64,000 nucleotides of DNA from Nitrospirales bacterium (GTDB lineage: Bacteria; Nitrospirota; Nitrospiria; Nitrospirales; UBA8639). The DNA lies in assembly GCA_020027205.1 (NCBI GenBank), contig JAHRAQ010000014.1:8548-72547 (forward strand), in the 5' to 3' direction. A program made the translations under genes and the position numbers. This document shows positions 9,859 to 19,953 of this stretch, in pieces. How positions within the stretch are numbered: position 1 is the first letter of the stretch; each line of letters begins with the position of its first letter. Under the pieces are notes generated by a model. That model ran no database searches and was not told the DNA's origin. It saw nothing but the letters and a program-made list of their open reading frames with translations.

Positions 9859-11271
9859 TCAGGTCGAACACAGCCGGACGACGGCCACCCGCCGGGTCGC
9901 CGGCATCACTCGAAACCGATGATCGGCGCGATAGCCTCCGACCCACAGAATGCCTTCCGGCGCCACCACCAGGGGCACCGTGCGCCGCATACTTTGGCGC
10001 ACCTTCGCATCCGAGAAAAAATCCTGAATTTTTTTTCGCCGCCCTCCCATGCCGTGCGGAAAAAAATAATCGCCGGGCCTCCACGACCGCACCGTCAGAT
10101 CGTGGCCAAACCGGTCGGCGTCCAAATACGCCACGGACGCATCGCGCGGAAACGAGACGCCCTCCACGAGCCGCACCGCGCCTTCAATGGTCTGGCCCGT
10201 CCCCGGCCACCGGATCGATCCGGGAAAAGACCAGAGACAGGACAGGTCCGGCCGGACGCGCCCCTCATGGGCCGTGGGAGTTTCGATGAACGTGATCCGG
10301 TCATATTCCCTCGCCACGTCCAGACGGCCGAACCGGGCCGTTGACCCCGAAATGCCATGCACCACATGTCGAAGAACGGTCTCCACGGCCTCACACCGGA
10401 GCGGCTCCGGCCGGAGACGGGCCGCCGCATGAAGGATCATCCGCCGTTGAATCGGCACGGGAACGGCCAGCAATCCGGCACGACTCACGACAAGACCCTC
10501 CTCATGGCGCACCGTGGCCGAGTCCAGCATGGCCCCGGCCACGTCGTCCAGATACCGGTGTTCATCCCGAAGCACGGCGGCCTGACGGGACAGCGCGCGC
10601 GTCACTCCGGGGTTCAACGTCTTCAGCAACGGGACCAACTCGTGACGAATCCTGCTTCGCAGATACTTCGGATCGGCGTTGCTCGAATCCATTCGGAATC
10701 CGCACCCCTTCTCCTCAAGATACCGCAGCAACTCCGCGCGGCTCACGTGAAGCAGCGGGCGGATCACGCGGGGATGGCGCCGAACCGGCATCCCCGACAA
10801 CCCCGCCAGCCCCGTCCCCCGCAACATCCCCATCAGCACGGTTTCAACCTGATCATCCTGCGTGTGACCCACCGCCACTTTGTCCGCCCCCCAGGCATCG
10901 GCCACGTCCCCCAGGCACGCATAACGCCGTTCGCGCGCCACGGCCTGCACGGATTCCCCCCGGCGTTCCCGAAGCACCAGCGGCAGATGCAGCGTCTTGC
11001 GAAAAAACGGCAGACCAAGGTTCCGCGCCAGACGCTCGACCCACGCCGCATCGTCCGTCGATTCCCCGCCCCGCAATCCATGATCGCAATGCACCACCGC
11101 CAACGCCACCCCCAGCGACTCCCGGCACGCACACAACGCCTGCAGCAGCGCCACCGAATCCGGCCCCCCCGACACCGCCACCAGCACGCGGTCGCCGGCG
11201 GACAGCAGGCCGTCCCGTTGCACCTGTTTCAACAGCGCGTGTTCAAACGCCGGCAGAGACGGTTTCATCAC
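9859..11271 (-). CDS. tilS: tRNA(Ile)-lysidine synthetase
   Basis: PP-loop VAVSGGPDSVALL; GHTQDDQVETVLM; start is GTG 11271 or ATG 11268 (TGATG junction with the ribF stop). Confidence 0.9.
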   Translation of the reverse strand: MMKPSLPAFEHALLKQVQRDGLLSAGDRVLVAVSGGPDSVALLQALCACRESLGVALAVVHCDHGLRGGESTDDAAWVERLARNLGLPFFRKTLHLPLVLRERRGESVQAVARERRYACLGDVADAWGADKVAVGHTQDDQVETVLMGMLRGTGLAGLSGMPVRRHPRVIRPLLHVSRAELLRYLEEKGCGFRMDSSNADPKYLRSRIRHELVPLLKTLNPGVTRALSRQAAVLRDEHRYLDDVAGAMLDSATVRHEEGLVVSRAGLLAVPVPIQRRMILHAAARLRPEPLRCEAVETVLRHVVHGISGSTARFGRLDVAREYDRITFIETPTAHEGRVRPDLSCLWSFPGSIRWPGTGQTIEGAVRLVEGVSFPRDASVAYLDADRFGHDLTVRSWRPGDYFFPHGMGGRRKKIQDFFSDAKVRQSMRRTVPLVVAPEGILWVGGYRADHRFRVMPATRRVAVVRLCST

Positions 11272-12221
11272 ACCTCACCATGCCTCACGCCCGCATCAGC
11301 GCCGGCCAACACCCGCCGGGCCGATTGAACATCCTCCTCGATGCGCGCCGCCAGCCGCCCGGCGTCCTCAAATGTTTCATCCCCGCGAAGATATTTCGCA
11401 AACCGCACCGTGATCCATTCCCCATACGCCGGCCCGTCGCCATCCAGCACGTGCACTTCCAACAGCCGCTCCCCCCCGCCGAACGTCGGCCGCGTCCCCA
11501 CATAACTCACCGACGGCCACGCCTTGTCCCGCCAGACCATCGTCGTCGCATACACCCCGTCCGGCGGCAGCACCCGCCCATCGGGCGGCCGCACATTCGC
11601 CGTCGGATATCCCAACGCGCATCCCCGCCGCGCGCCCGCCACCACCGCGCCCGCCAGCGCATACGGACGCCCCAAATACGCCTCCGCCTGTTCCATCTCC
11701 CCCCGGCGGACGAACTCGCGAATCCGCGTCGAACTCACGACGTTGTCCCCGCAGCGCACCGGCTTGACGACCCGCACCCGGAACCCCGCCGCCGCCGCCA
11801 GCCGCCGCAGCGTCTCCACCGTGCCCGCACGATCCTTCCCAAACACAAACCGCTCCCCCACGAAGAGAGCCTGAATGCCCAGCCCGTCCCTCAAAATGGA
11901 AAAGACAAACTCCTCCGGACTCAACGCGGCAAATGCTTTGGAGAACTCCAGCACGACGAGATGCTCGATGCCCCGCGCCTCCAGCCACGCCAGTTTCTCC
12001 GACGGCGACGTCAAGCATTGGAAGGCGGCGCCGGGATTCAACGTCACCACCGGATGCGGATCAAACGTCAACGCCATCGGCGTGCCCCGTTGTTCACGGG
12101 CGTGGCGCACCACCGAGGCCAGGAGGTGTCGATGACCGATATGCTGGCCGTCAAAATTGCCGATGGTCAGCACCGGCGGCGGCCGGACGGGACGGCGGGG
12201 AAGACCGCGCGACACCTTCAT
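11268..12221 (-). CDS. ribF: Bifunctional riboflavin kinase / FMN adenylyltransferase
   Basis: [17 protein letters not shown]...ALTFDPHP...GFRVRVV...SSTRIR...GYPTANV. True ATG at 12221 (MKVSRG); the 515-aa track ORF is an artefactual upstream extension into hemB. Confidence 0.9.
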   Translation of the reverse strand: MKVSRGLPRRPVRPPPVLTIGNFDGQHIGHRHLLASVVRHAREQRGTPMALTFDPHPVVTLNPGAAFQCLTSPSEKLAWLEARGIEHLVVLEFSKAFAALSPEEFVFSILRDGLGIQALFVGERFVFGKDRAGTVETLRRLAAAAGFRVRVVKPVRCGDNVVSSTRIREFVRRGEMEQAEAYLGRPYALAGAVVAGARRGCALGYPTANVRPPDGRVLPPDGVYATTMVWRDKAWPSVSYVGTRPTFGGGERLLEVHVLDGDGPAYGEWITVRFAKYLRGDETFEDAGRLAARIEEDVQSARRVLAGADAGVRHGEV

Positions 12222-13201
12222 GGACGGGCGGTCTGCAACAACCCGGCGGCGTCTTTGGCGAAATAGGTGAGGATCAGGTCCGCCCCCGCGCGTTTGATCG
12301 ACACCAGCGTTTCCAGCATCACGTCGGACTCCTGCACCCACCCCGCCGCCGCCGCGGCTTTGATCATGGCGTATTCGCCGCTGACCTGAAACGCCGCCAC
12401 CGGCACATCCACCGCCGCGCGCGTCCGCGCAATCACGTCCAGACACGGCAACGCCGGTTTGATCATCACCGCGTCCGCCCCCTCCTCCACGTCCAGCCGC
12501 ACTTCCCGCATCGCCTCCCGCGCATTGGCGGGATCCATTTGATACGACCCCCGGTCGCCGAACGCCGGCCCCGACCCCGCCGCCTCCCGAAACGGCCGGT
12601 ACAAACACGAGGCGTATTTGGCGGCATACGACATGATGGACACCTGTTCGAAGCCGCGTTGATCCAGCGCATCGCGGATCGCCCCGACGCGCCCGTCCAT
12701 CATGTCGGACGGCGCCACCATGTCGGCGCCGGCCTCCGCGTGGACGGCGGCCATCAGGCGCAAACACTCCAGCGTTTCGTCGTTGAGCACGTCCCCATCC
12801 CGCACCACGCCGCAATGACCATGCGTGGTATATTCATCGATGCAGACGTCCGTCATCACGCACAGCCCTGGCAGTCTCGCCTTGAGCGCGCGCACGGCCC
12901 GAGGCACAATCCCCTTGGGATCGGACGCCGCCGACCCGCGTTCATCCTTGTGCTCGGGAATCCCAAACAGCAACACCGCCGGCACCCCCAGCGCGTGCAC
13001 CTCGACAACTTCATCGACCAGCCCATCAACCGACCAGCGGTATTGCCCAGGCATCGACGGAATCGGCTCCCGCCGCCCCTCTCCCTCCATCACAAACAGC
13101 GGCGCGATCAAATCACCCGGCGACAGCACGGTTTCCCGCGCCATCCGTCGAAGCGCCGGCGTCCGACGCCAACGCCGCGGCCGTTCACGGGGAAACCCCA
13201 T
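12218..13201 (-). CDS. hemB: Porphobilinogen synthase (delta-aminolevulinate dehydratase)
   Basis: [17 protein letters not shown]...LIAPLFV...active-site-type region [12 protein letters not shown]; 327 aa. Confidence 0.95.
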   Translation of the reverse strand: MGFPRERPRRWRRTPALRRMARETVLSPGDLIAPLFVMEGEGRREPIPSMPGQYRWSVDGLVDEVVEVHALGVPAVLLFGIPEHKDERGSAASDPKGIVPRAVRALKARLPGLCVMTDVCIDEYTTHGHCGVVRDGDVLNDETLECLRLMAAVHAEAGADMVAPSDMMDGRVGAIRDALDQRGFEQVSIMSYAAKYASCLYRPFREAAGSGPAFGDRGSYQMDPANAREAMREVRLDVEEGADAVMIKPALPCLDVIARTRAAVDVPVAAFQVSGEYAMIKAAAAAGWVQESDVMLETLVSIKRAGADLILTYFAKDAAGLLQTARP

Positions 13202-13339
13202 GGACTACGCCCCCCCCGCGCGCGCCGCGCCACGCCACCGCCGCGTCGCGCCCCGCCACCGCACCGCGCTCCACCGCCCGCCGTCCGCCGCCGCCGTCAT
13301 TCCCATCCCCTTCTCGCCGTCATTCCTGTCTCTCTCTTG

Positions 13340-13380
13340 CCGTTATTCCCGACGTCCTCATTCGGGAATCCATCTTTCTG
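13340..13380 (+). repeat. REP-like hairpin element, family 1 variant
   Basis: CCGTTATTCCCGAcgtcctcaTTCGGGAATCCATCTTTCTG, preceded by GTCATTCC half-sites at ~13306 and ~13318. Confidence 0.8.
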
Positions 13381-13408
13381 TTTCCTGTCCGTCATTCCCC
13401 GCCCGCCA

Positions 13409-13801
13409 TCACTGCCTCGGAAGATTCGTCAGAAACACCACCAGGTCCCTCACGGACACCAGACCGGCCAGAACGCCGTCCCGGGTCACGCCCAGATGCC
13501 GCACATGTTTCCTGGCCATCAGATCGTTGGCGTCCAGCAGCGTCTTGTGTTCATCGATGCAGACAATCGGCGCCGACATGATGTGTTCCACCGTCGTCCG
13601 CGCCGGGTCCAGACCTTCCGCCACCAGCCGCCGCACCAGATCGGCATCCGTCAAAATGCCGATGATCTCCTTCTCACGGGTGACAAACACGCTGCCGATG
13701 CCTTTGTCGCGCATCATCTCCGCCGCCGTTCGAACAGGGGTGTCGCGATCGACGGTCACAAACTTCGCGGCGGGCACCATAAACGCTTTCACGGGAACCA
13801 T
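13409..13801 (-). CDS. CBS-pair domain protein
   Basis: 130 aa with two CBS-like halves (VTVDRDTPVRTAAEMMRDKGIGSVFV / CIDEHKTLLDANDLMARKHVRHLGV). Confidence 0.8.
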   Translation of the reverse strand: MVPVKAFMVPAAKFVTVDRDTPVRTAAEMMRDKGIGSVFVTREKEIIGILTDADLVRRLVAEGLDPARTTVEHIMSAPIVCIDEHKTLLDANDLMARKHVRHLGVTRDGVLAGLVSVRDLVVFLTNLPRQ

Positions 13802-13874
13802 GGCTCACTCCTTGCGTTGGCGCATGTGACGGCGCCGCGACAACGCGGCGTCTCGTCGGCGCGCCGGGTCTTAT

Positions 13875-15437
13875 TTACGAAGCGGCGGCATCACGGGTGA
13901 CATACCGCACCAGCGACTGCACCATCTCCGGGATCGTATGCCGGGCCGCCGTCACGTGCACGTCCAGGCCCACGTCCCGAATGGTTCGGGCCGTGATCGG
14001 CCCGATGCTGGCGATAATGGTCCCGTTCAGATTTTTTTTCAAATCCGCCGCCCCGTCGAACAGTTGCGAAAAGTTCCGCACGGTGGACGAACTGGCAAAC
14101 ATGACGACATCAATCGCGTGATCGGCAAACAGTTGACGCACGCGCTCCCGTTCCATCGGCGGCGGCACGGCCCGGTAGACCTTCGCCACGCGCACATGCG
14201 CCCCCAGGCGGGCCAGCGTGTCCGGCAACACCTCGCGCGCCTCCGCGGCCCGCGCAATCAACACCCGCCGCCCGGCCACCCCGGCGTTCTGCATCGCCTC
14301 GATCAGCCCTTCGGCCCGGTACGTCGCAGCCGTCAGATCGGCGACGATGCCGAAGGCGCGCACCTCGTCGGCGGTTCGTGGCCCGATGCAGCACACCCGC
14401 GTCCCCGCCAACGCCCGCGCATCAAGACCCTTCGCCCCCAGCCGCCGCATCAACGCCCTCACGCCGTTGACGCTCGTGAACACCGTCCAGTCAAACGTCG
14501 GGAGGTGTTGAATGGCGTCATCCACGTCCGTCCAGTCATCGGGGGGACGGAACGCAATGGCCGGACATTCCACGGGATCTCCTCCATACGCCCTGATTCG
14601 ATCCGACAATTCCGCGGCCTGCGACCCGGCCCGCGTCACCAGCACCCGCTTGCCGAACAACGGCCGCGTCTCAAACCAGTTCAGCCGCTCGCGCAGCCGC
14701 ACCACTTCCCCCACCACCACCACGGCCGGCGGCCGCATCCCCGCCGCCGCCGCCTGCGCCGCAATCGTCCCCAGCGTCCCCGTCACCGTCCGCTGCCCCG
14801 CATAGGTGCCCCATCGAATCACCGCCACCGGCGTCTCCCGTGATTTGCCTTCCTCGATCAACCGCGAGACGATCATCGGCAACTGCATCACCCCCATCAC
14901 AAACACCAGCGTCCCGTCCGCCGAGGCCAGTCGCGGCCACTCCAACGCCGTCCCGTTCTTCGCGGGATCTTCATGCCCCGTGATGAACGCCACGGTCGAA
15001 GCCAGCGTTCGATGCGTGACGGGAATCCCCGCATACGCCGGCACCGCCACCGCCGAGGTCACGCCCGGCACCACTTCAAACGGAATGCGCGCTTCCGCCA
15101 CCACTTCCGCCTCTTCTCCGCCACGTCCAAACACAAACGGGTCACCGCCCTTCAACCGCACCACGCATTTCCCCTCGCGCGCCTTCTCCAGAATCAACCG
15201 GTTGATTTCCTCTTGCGGCCGGTAAGCCCCGCGTCCCCGGCGTCCCACGTAAATCCGCTCCGCCCCCGGCGCCGCGTGATCCAGCAACACCGGATTGGCG
15301 AGATGATCGAACAACACGACGTCGGCCTTCCGCAGACACGCCCGGCCGCGAAGCGTCAACAGGCCGGGATCCCCCGGCCCCGCCCCCACGAAGTAGACCG
15401 TTCCCACGGGACGCAACTCCGTCATGTCACGACCCAC
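13875..15437 (-). CDS. Fused uroporphyrinogen-III C-methyltransferase / uroporphyrinogen-III synthase (CobA-HemD)
   Basis: N-terminal SUMT signature VYFVGAGPGDPGLLTLRG...VVRLKGGDPFVFGRGGEE; C-terminal ~250 aa HemD-like (VLVTRA...FTSVNGV). Confidence 0.85.
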   Translation of the reverse strand: MGRDMTELRPVGTVYFVGAGPGDPGLLTLRGRACLRKADVVLFDHLANPVLLDHAAPGAERIYVGRRGRGAYRPQEEINRLILEKAREGKCVVRLKGGDPFVFGRGGEEAEVVAEARIPFEVVPGVTSAVAVPAYAGIPVTHRTLASTVAFITGHEDPAKNGTALEWPRLASADGTLVFVMGVMQLPMIVSRLIEEGKSRETPVAVIRWGTYAGQRTVTGTLGTIAAQAAAAGMRPPAVVVVGEVVRLRERLNWFETRPLFGKRVLVTRAGSQAAELSDRIRAYGGDPVECPAIAFRPPDDWTDVDDAIQHLPTFDWTVFTSVNGVRALMRRLGAKGLDARALAGTRVCCIGPRTADEVRAFGIVADLTAATYRAEGLIEAMQNAGVAGRRVLIARAAEAREVLPDTLARLGAHVRVAKVYRAVPPPMERERVRQLFADHAIDVVMFASSSTVRNFSQLFDGAADLKKNLNGTIIASIGPITARTIRDVGLDVHVTAARHTIPEMVQSLVRYVTRDAAAS

Positions 15438-15439
15438 GC

Positions 15440-16387
15440 TTACCCACGCCCATACACTTCATCCAGAATCTGCTTGCCGCCGGCGTCCAGCACCCGGTCA
15501 GCCAGCGCGACGCCAAGGCGGGCGGCCTCGTCCACCGGCCCTTCCATCTCATCTCGAATAACGCGCCCGCCGTCAAGACTCGCCACCAGGCCCTTCAACT
15601 TCACCGTCCGGTGTTCCATCACCGCATGACCGGCAATCGGCACCTGGCACCCCCCTTCCAACCGCGCCAAAAACGCCCGCTCCGCCGCCACCTCGACCGC
15701 CGTGGTGCGATCATGCAACGGCGTCAGCACATCCCGCACCCACGCATCATCCGCGCGCGACTCAATCCCCAGCGCGCCCTGACCAATCGCCGGCACACTC
15801 ACCGTCAACGGCAGATATTCCGTCACGCAGTCCGCCCACCCCAACCGGATCAATCCCGCCGCCGCCAGCACAATGGCATCGCACGCCCCCTCCCGAAGTT
15901 TGCGCAGGCGGGTATCCACGTTCCCGCGAAGCATGACAATGGACAGGTCGCCCCGGTGCGCCAGCAACTGCGCCTGCCGCCGCAGACTGCTCGTCCCCAC
16001 CGTCGCGCCCGCCGGGAGATTCCGAAACGCCGGACAATCCCGCGTCACCAGCGCATCCCTGGCATCTTCGCGCGCCGGCACGCAGGCGATGGTCAACCCC
16101 TCCGGCAAGACCGACGGCACGTCCTTCATGCTGTGAACCGCCAGATCGATGTCGCGCCGGTGCAACGCCTCTTCGATTTCCTTGACGAACAATCCCTTCC
16201 CGCCGACGCCGGCCAGCGGCGCGTCCAGCATCTTATCACCGCTCGTGCGAATCGTTCGGAGTTGAACCTCGACGGACGGGGCGAGTTCCCGCAGTTGCGC
16301 CTTCACCCACTCCGCCTGCCAGAGCGCCAGCCGGCTGCCGCGTGTCCCGACCACGAGGGACGACCGGCGTCCATGTACGGAACTCAC
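15440..16387 (-). CDS. hemC: Hydroxymethylbilane synthase (porphobilinogen deaminase)
   Basis: VVGTRGSRLALWQAEWV...TSGD...GGKGLFVKEIE...GNVDTRLRKL. Confidence 0.95.
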   Translation of the reverse strand: MSSVHGRRSSLVVGTRGSRLALWQAEWVKAQLRELAPSVEVQLRTIRTSGDKMLDAPLAGVGGKGLFVKEIEEALHRRDIDLAVHSMKDVPSVLPEGLTIACVPAREDARDALVTRDCPAFRNLPAGATVGTSSLRRQAQLLAHRGDLSIVMLRGNVDTRLRKLREGACDAIVLAAAGLIRLGWADCVTEYLPLTVSVPAIGQGALGIESRADDAWVRDVLTPLHDRTTAVEVAAERAFLARLEGGCQVPIAGHAVMEHRTVKLKGLVASLDGGRVIRDEMEGPVDEAARLGVALADRVLDAGGKQILDEVYGRG

Positions 16388-16457
16388 GCCGATGCCTTAT
16401 CCCGCCGCCCCGTGAGGCGGCGGTGCCATGACGACCCGACGCGGCCGTGCCCCGCGC

Positions 16458-17840
16458 CTATTCCGCAACGTTCTCCCGGTCCGCCGTGACGGCGGCGGCG
16501 GACGGCGGCGCGCCGGGTTCCGACCGGTCGGCGGGATGACGAACGGGCGCGGATTCCGTCGCGTCGCGCTGCGCCTCCAACGGATAACAATGCCCGGCCG
16601 CGTCGGCGGACACCGACCCATTTGACGACGACCGCACCGCGTCTTTCAGCGCGGCCAGCGACCCATGCAGAAGTTTTTTCGCAATGCCCGACGCCAGCGA
16701 TTCCATGGCCTCCCGCTGCTCGGCGGTCAGCCGTTCGAACCGGCCGAAGGCTTTGTCCAGTTCCGCCTGCTTGACGGCCTCCGCGTATTTTTGCAATTCG
16801 ACAATCATGGGCGTCGCCTTCAACGACTGCATCCAGCGCAACACGACGCCGACTTCGTCCCGGACGATGCCTTCGGCCCGTGCCGCCTCCATCCGCCGGT
16901 CTTCGCGGTTCTGCTCGACGTGCGCCTCAAGATCGTCCATATCGAACAGGAAGGCGTTGTCCACCCGGCGCACGTCGGGATCGATGTTGCGGGGCACCGC
17001 CACGTCAATCAGAAACATCGGCCGGTTCCACCGCTCCCGCACCGCCCGTGCCACTTCGTCCGGGCCGATGACATAGTGGGGCGCCCCGGTCGAGCACAGC
17101 ACAATGTCGGCCTTGTGCAACTGCGCGCGAAAGGCGTCAAAAGGCACGAACGTCCCATGAAACCTGTCGACCATGTCCTGCCCGCGCAAGGCATCGCGCG
17201 TCGTGAGCAGCACGTTCCGCACACCGTGACCGACCAGGTGGCGCGCCGCCAGTTTCGCCATCTCCCCGGCGCCCACCAGCATCACCGTCCGCCCCGCCAG
17301 GTTGCCGAACACCTTCTGCGCCAGTTCGACCGCGGCGTAACTGACGGACACCGCGTTTTCCGCGATCCGGGTTTCCGTTCGAACCCGCTTGGCCACCGAA
17401 ATGGCCTTCTGGAACACTTTGTTCAGAATGACGCCGCTGGCGTTGTGCGTTGAAGCGTCACGGAAACACGCCTTCACCTGTCCCAGGATTTGCGGTTCGC
17501 CCACCACGAGGGAATCCAGACTCGAGGCCACTCGAAACAGATGCGTGACGGCGCGATCCCCCGCGTGCCGGTACAGGTGGGGCAACAGCCGCTCCGCCGA
17601 CAACGACAGATGCGCGTCCGCCAGAAACTCCCGAACGGCGGCCACGCCGTCGTCCACGCGATCCGTCACGGCATACACTTCCACGCGATTGCACGTCTGC
17701 AGGAACACCCCTTCGTGGATGTTCGGATGGGCCATGAGCCGGCGGATCGCCTCCCCGACCCGGCTCTCCGGGACCATCAGCAGTTCCCGCAGTTCGACGG
17801 ACGACGTTTTGTGACTCACGCCGACAACGATTACGTTCAT
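16458..17840 (-). CDS. hemA: Glutamyl-tRNA reductase (with ~40-aa low-complexity C-terminal tail)
   Basis: MNVIVVGVSHKTSSVELRE...LQTCNRVEVY...GAGEMAKLAARHL; ATG at 17840 overlaps the upstream stop (ATGA). The 740-aa track ORF is an artefactual extension. Confidence 0.9.
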   Translation of the reverse strand: MNVIVVGVSHKTSSVELRELLMVPESRVGEAIRRLMAHPNIHEGVFLQTCNRVEVYAVTDRVDDGVAAVREFLADAHLSLSAERLLPHLYRHAGDRAVTHLFRVASSLDSLVVGEPQILGQVKACFRDASTHNASGVILNKVFQKAISVAKRVRTETRIAENAVSVSYAAVELAQKVFGNLAGRTVMLVGAGEMAKLAARHLVGHGVRNVLLTTRDALRGQDMVDRFHGTFVPFDAFRAQLHKADIVLCSTGAPHYVIGPDEVARAVRERWNRPMFLIDVAVPRNIDPDVRRVDNAFLFDMDDLEAHVEQNREDRRMEAARAEGIVRDEVGVVLRWMQSLKATPMIVELQKYAEAVKQAELDKAFGRFERLTAEQREAMESLASGIAKKLLHGSLAALKDAVRSSSNGSVSADAAGHCYPLEAQRDATESAPVRHPADRSEPGAPPSAAAVTADRENVAE

Positions 17841-18646
17841 AAGTTGACCGGCAGGCTTTCCTCTTTGAACAGCACTCCGAGAAACGTCAGCAGGACGCCG
17901 ACAAACCCGACGACGGTCAGACAGGCCGCCTTTTTCGCCCGCCATCCGACGGCCACGCGCCCCACCAGCACCGCCAGATAAAACGCCCACGTCACCAGCG
18001 CCCAGATTTGTTCGGAATTCCAACTGATGTAGGCGCCCAGCGTAAGTTGCGCGGACATGGCGCCCATCAGAATCCCCAGGGTGAGCAACGGAAACCCCAG
18101 GACAATGGAGTGCTGGTTCAGCCGGTCCAGCACGTCCAGCGGCGGCAATTTCACGTACAGCAGGTTGAACTGTTTGGACTTCAACAACCAGTCCTGGATG
18201 AGATACATCAGCCCCGCCACAAAGGCCACGGCAAACCCGACGGCGCCCAGCATACTCAACGTGACGTGGACCCACACCACGTGAAACATGGGGTGAAGGG
18301 CCTGGTTCTCCGAAGGCAGGACGGCGGTGGACGCCAGGGCAAGAAAGGCGAGAGGCAGCATGAACGCGCCCAGCACGTAGAGCCGCTGACGGAACACCGC
18401 CGTCAACAACACCACGACCAGGGACCAGGAAAAAAACGACAGGGCATTCCCGAAGGACACCCACGGCGTCGCGTCTCCGGAAAACATCTGAAAGGCCAGC
18501 AGGACGGTATGCACCGCGCACCCGGCACAGGTCACGCCCAGCGCGACCCTGGCCAGCGCGTCCGACCGCCGCAGGAGATACCCCAGCGACAGCAGGGTTC
18601 CAAGAAAATAGAACCCCAGCGTCAGTTGCAACACGGCGACGATCAT
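17837..18646 (-). CDS. Cytochrome c assembly protein family (CcsA/HemX-like polytopic membrane protein)
   Basis: 8 or so TM helices; position directly upstream of hemA as in Bacillus hemAX. Start uncertain (track ORF to 18826; Met at 18646 precedes the first TM helix). Confidence 0.7.
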   Translation of the reverse strand: MIVAVLQLTLGFYFLGTLLSLGYLLRRSDALARVALGVTCAGCAVHTVLLAFQMFSGDATPWVSFGNALSFFSWSLVVVLLTAVFRQRLYVLGAFMLPLAFLALASTAVLPSENQALHPMFHVVWVHVTLSMLGAVGFAVAFVAGLMYLIQDWLLKSKQFNLLYVKLPPLDVLDRLNQHSIVLGFPLLTLGILMGAMSAQLTLGAYISWNSEQIWALVTWAFYLAVLVGRVAVGWRAKKAACLTVVGFVGVLLTFLGVLFKEESLPVNL

Positions 18647-18877
18647 CCACACCTGAATCGCGTGAACACGGCCCACACACCCCGCGCCGGCAGTATATGA
18701 CAGGCCCTTTGGAGATGGCAAGAACGCGGGGACGACCGGATGCCGAAGACCGCCCGCGGCGGCGGACACACTCCGCTCATCGTCATCGGCGTCGTCGGTG
18801 TCGGTGGCGTAAGCAGGCGAAGGCAACGCGCCGCGCGGTCGCCGGAGTCGCGGGAGACGGGTGAAACCCCGTGGCGT

Positions 18878-19663
18878 TCAGCCGCCCGACCCCGCCGTGG
18901 TGCCTCCGCACACGTTCAGCACCTGTCCCGTAATCGCCGCGGCATCGTGTTGACACAGAAACACCGTCAACGCCGCAATCTCCCCCACCTCGGCCATGCG
19001 CTGAATGGGCACCGCCGCCAGCGCGCGCGCACGAAAGGTGTCGGCCGGCATCCCCAACACCGCCGCCGTTTCCTCAATCCCCTGCCGCGCCATGTCCGTG
19101 TCCACCCAAGTCGGACACACCGCATTGACGGTGATGCCCCGCCCCGCCACTTCCAGCGCCAGCGCCTTGGTGAATCCCAGAATACCGTGTTTGGCCGTGC
19201 AATACGCCGCGTAGCCGGGAACACCGAACCGCCCCAGCACGGACGACATGTTGATGATGCGCCCGTAAGCCGGATCCGACATATGAGGCAACACCCGCGT
19301 CGCGCACAAATACGACCCCGTCAAATTGACCCCAAGAATCGCCGACCACCGCGCATCATCGGGATCCTCCATCGGCGTCCGCCCGGACACCCCGGCGTTG
19401 TTGATCAAAATATCAATGCGCCCCCAGGCCTTGACCACAGCCGCCACCACCCGCTCCACGTCACCGGCACAGGTCACGTCGGCGGTCATGCTCATCGCAT
19501 CCCCGCCACGCTCCCGAATCAGGGACACGGTCTGATCGAGACAGTCCCCGCGACGCCCGCACACCGCCACCCGAACGCCCTGCTCCGCCAGCGCCAGCGC
19601 CACGCCCCTCCCGATGCCCGTGCCGCCGCCGGTCACCAGCGCCACCCGATCCCGCAACATCAA
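18878..19663 (-). CDS. SDR-family oxidoreductase (FabG-like)
   Basis: VALVTGGGTGIGRG cofactor motif, NNAG, catalytic Y-x3-K (YCTAK). Confidence 0.85.
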   Translation of the reverse strand: MMLRDRVALVTGGGTGIGRGVALALAEQGVRVAVCGRRGDCLDQTVSLIRERGGDAMSMTADVTCAGDVERVVAAVVKAWGRIDILINNAGVSGRTPMEDPDDARWSAILGVNLTGSYLCATRVLPHMSDPAYGRIINMSSVLGRFGVPGYAAYCTAKHGILGFTKALALEVAGRGITVNAVCPTWVDTDMARQGIEETAAVLGMPADTFRARALAAVPIQRMAEVGEIAALTVFLCQHDAAAITGQVLNVCGGTTAGSGG

Positions 19664-19675
19664 CGCCCCCTCACT

Positions 19676-19716
19676 CCGTCATTCCCGACGTTAGTTGTCG
19701 GGAATCCATCCTTCTG
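19676..19716 (+). repeat. REP-like hairpin element, family 1
   Basis: CCGTCATTCCCGACgttagttGTCGGGAATCCATCCTTCTG. Confidence 0.85.
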
Positions 19717-19953
19717 TTTGGGAACTACTGATTTGACTTCGCACCAATCACGACAAGGCGCAGTGACCGCGCCTTTCATGCGCGCCGACGTAAGTGCGGC
19801 GCATGTAGCAACGGCGTCCGGGACAGGCGCATCTGCGCGTGGAGGCAGCCGCGATAGCGGGCCGATGAAACGCGAAACGGTACGGGGCTTCGCACTTGTG
19901 CGAAGTCACGTAAATAGGTCCCTTCTGTTTCTTCATCCCCATCCCCCGCCCCT

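Noticed and set aside
7609-10344. 911-aa + strand ORF across ftsH and tilS
   Set aside because: Antisense to two unambiguous conserved genes; His/Pro/Arg/Gln-rich composition follows from the C-rich + strand; spans an intergenic gap without any signal.
11268-12815. 515-aa version of the ribF ORF
   Set aside because: The first ~198 aa (Gly/Arg-rich) overlap hemB out of frame; the conserved RibF sequence begins at MKVSRG (12221), with an ATGA junction to the hemB stop.
10341-13900. 641-aa and 655-aa + strand ORFs (10341-12266, 11933-13900)
   Set aside because: Antisense to tilS, ribF, hemB and the CBS gene; Pro/Arg/His-rich; no start context or recognisable domains.
16458-18680. 740-aa ORF suggesting a fused membrane-protein/HemA
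   Set aside because: The N-terminal ~280 aa are an out-of-frame overlap of the hemX/ccsA-like gene; HemA begins at MNVIVVG (17840) with an ATGA junction.
19717-19953. SRP (4.5S) or other housekeeping RNA in the REP-bracketed segment
   Set aside because: GGAGGCAGCC and ATGTAGC-like strings resemble SRP domain IV pieces, but they occur in the wrong order and cannot form the conserved helix 8. Left only as a low-interest unexplained segment.
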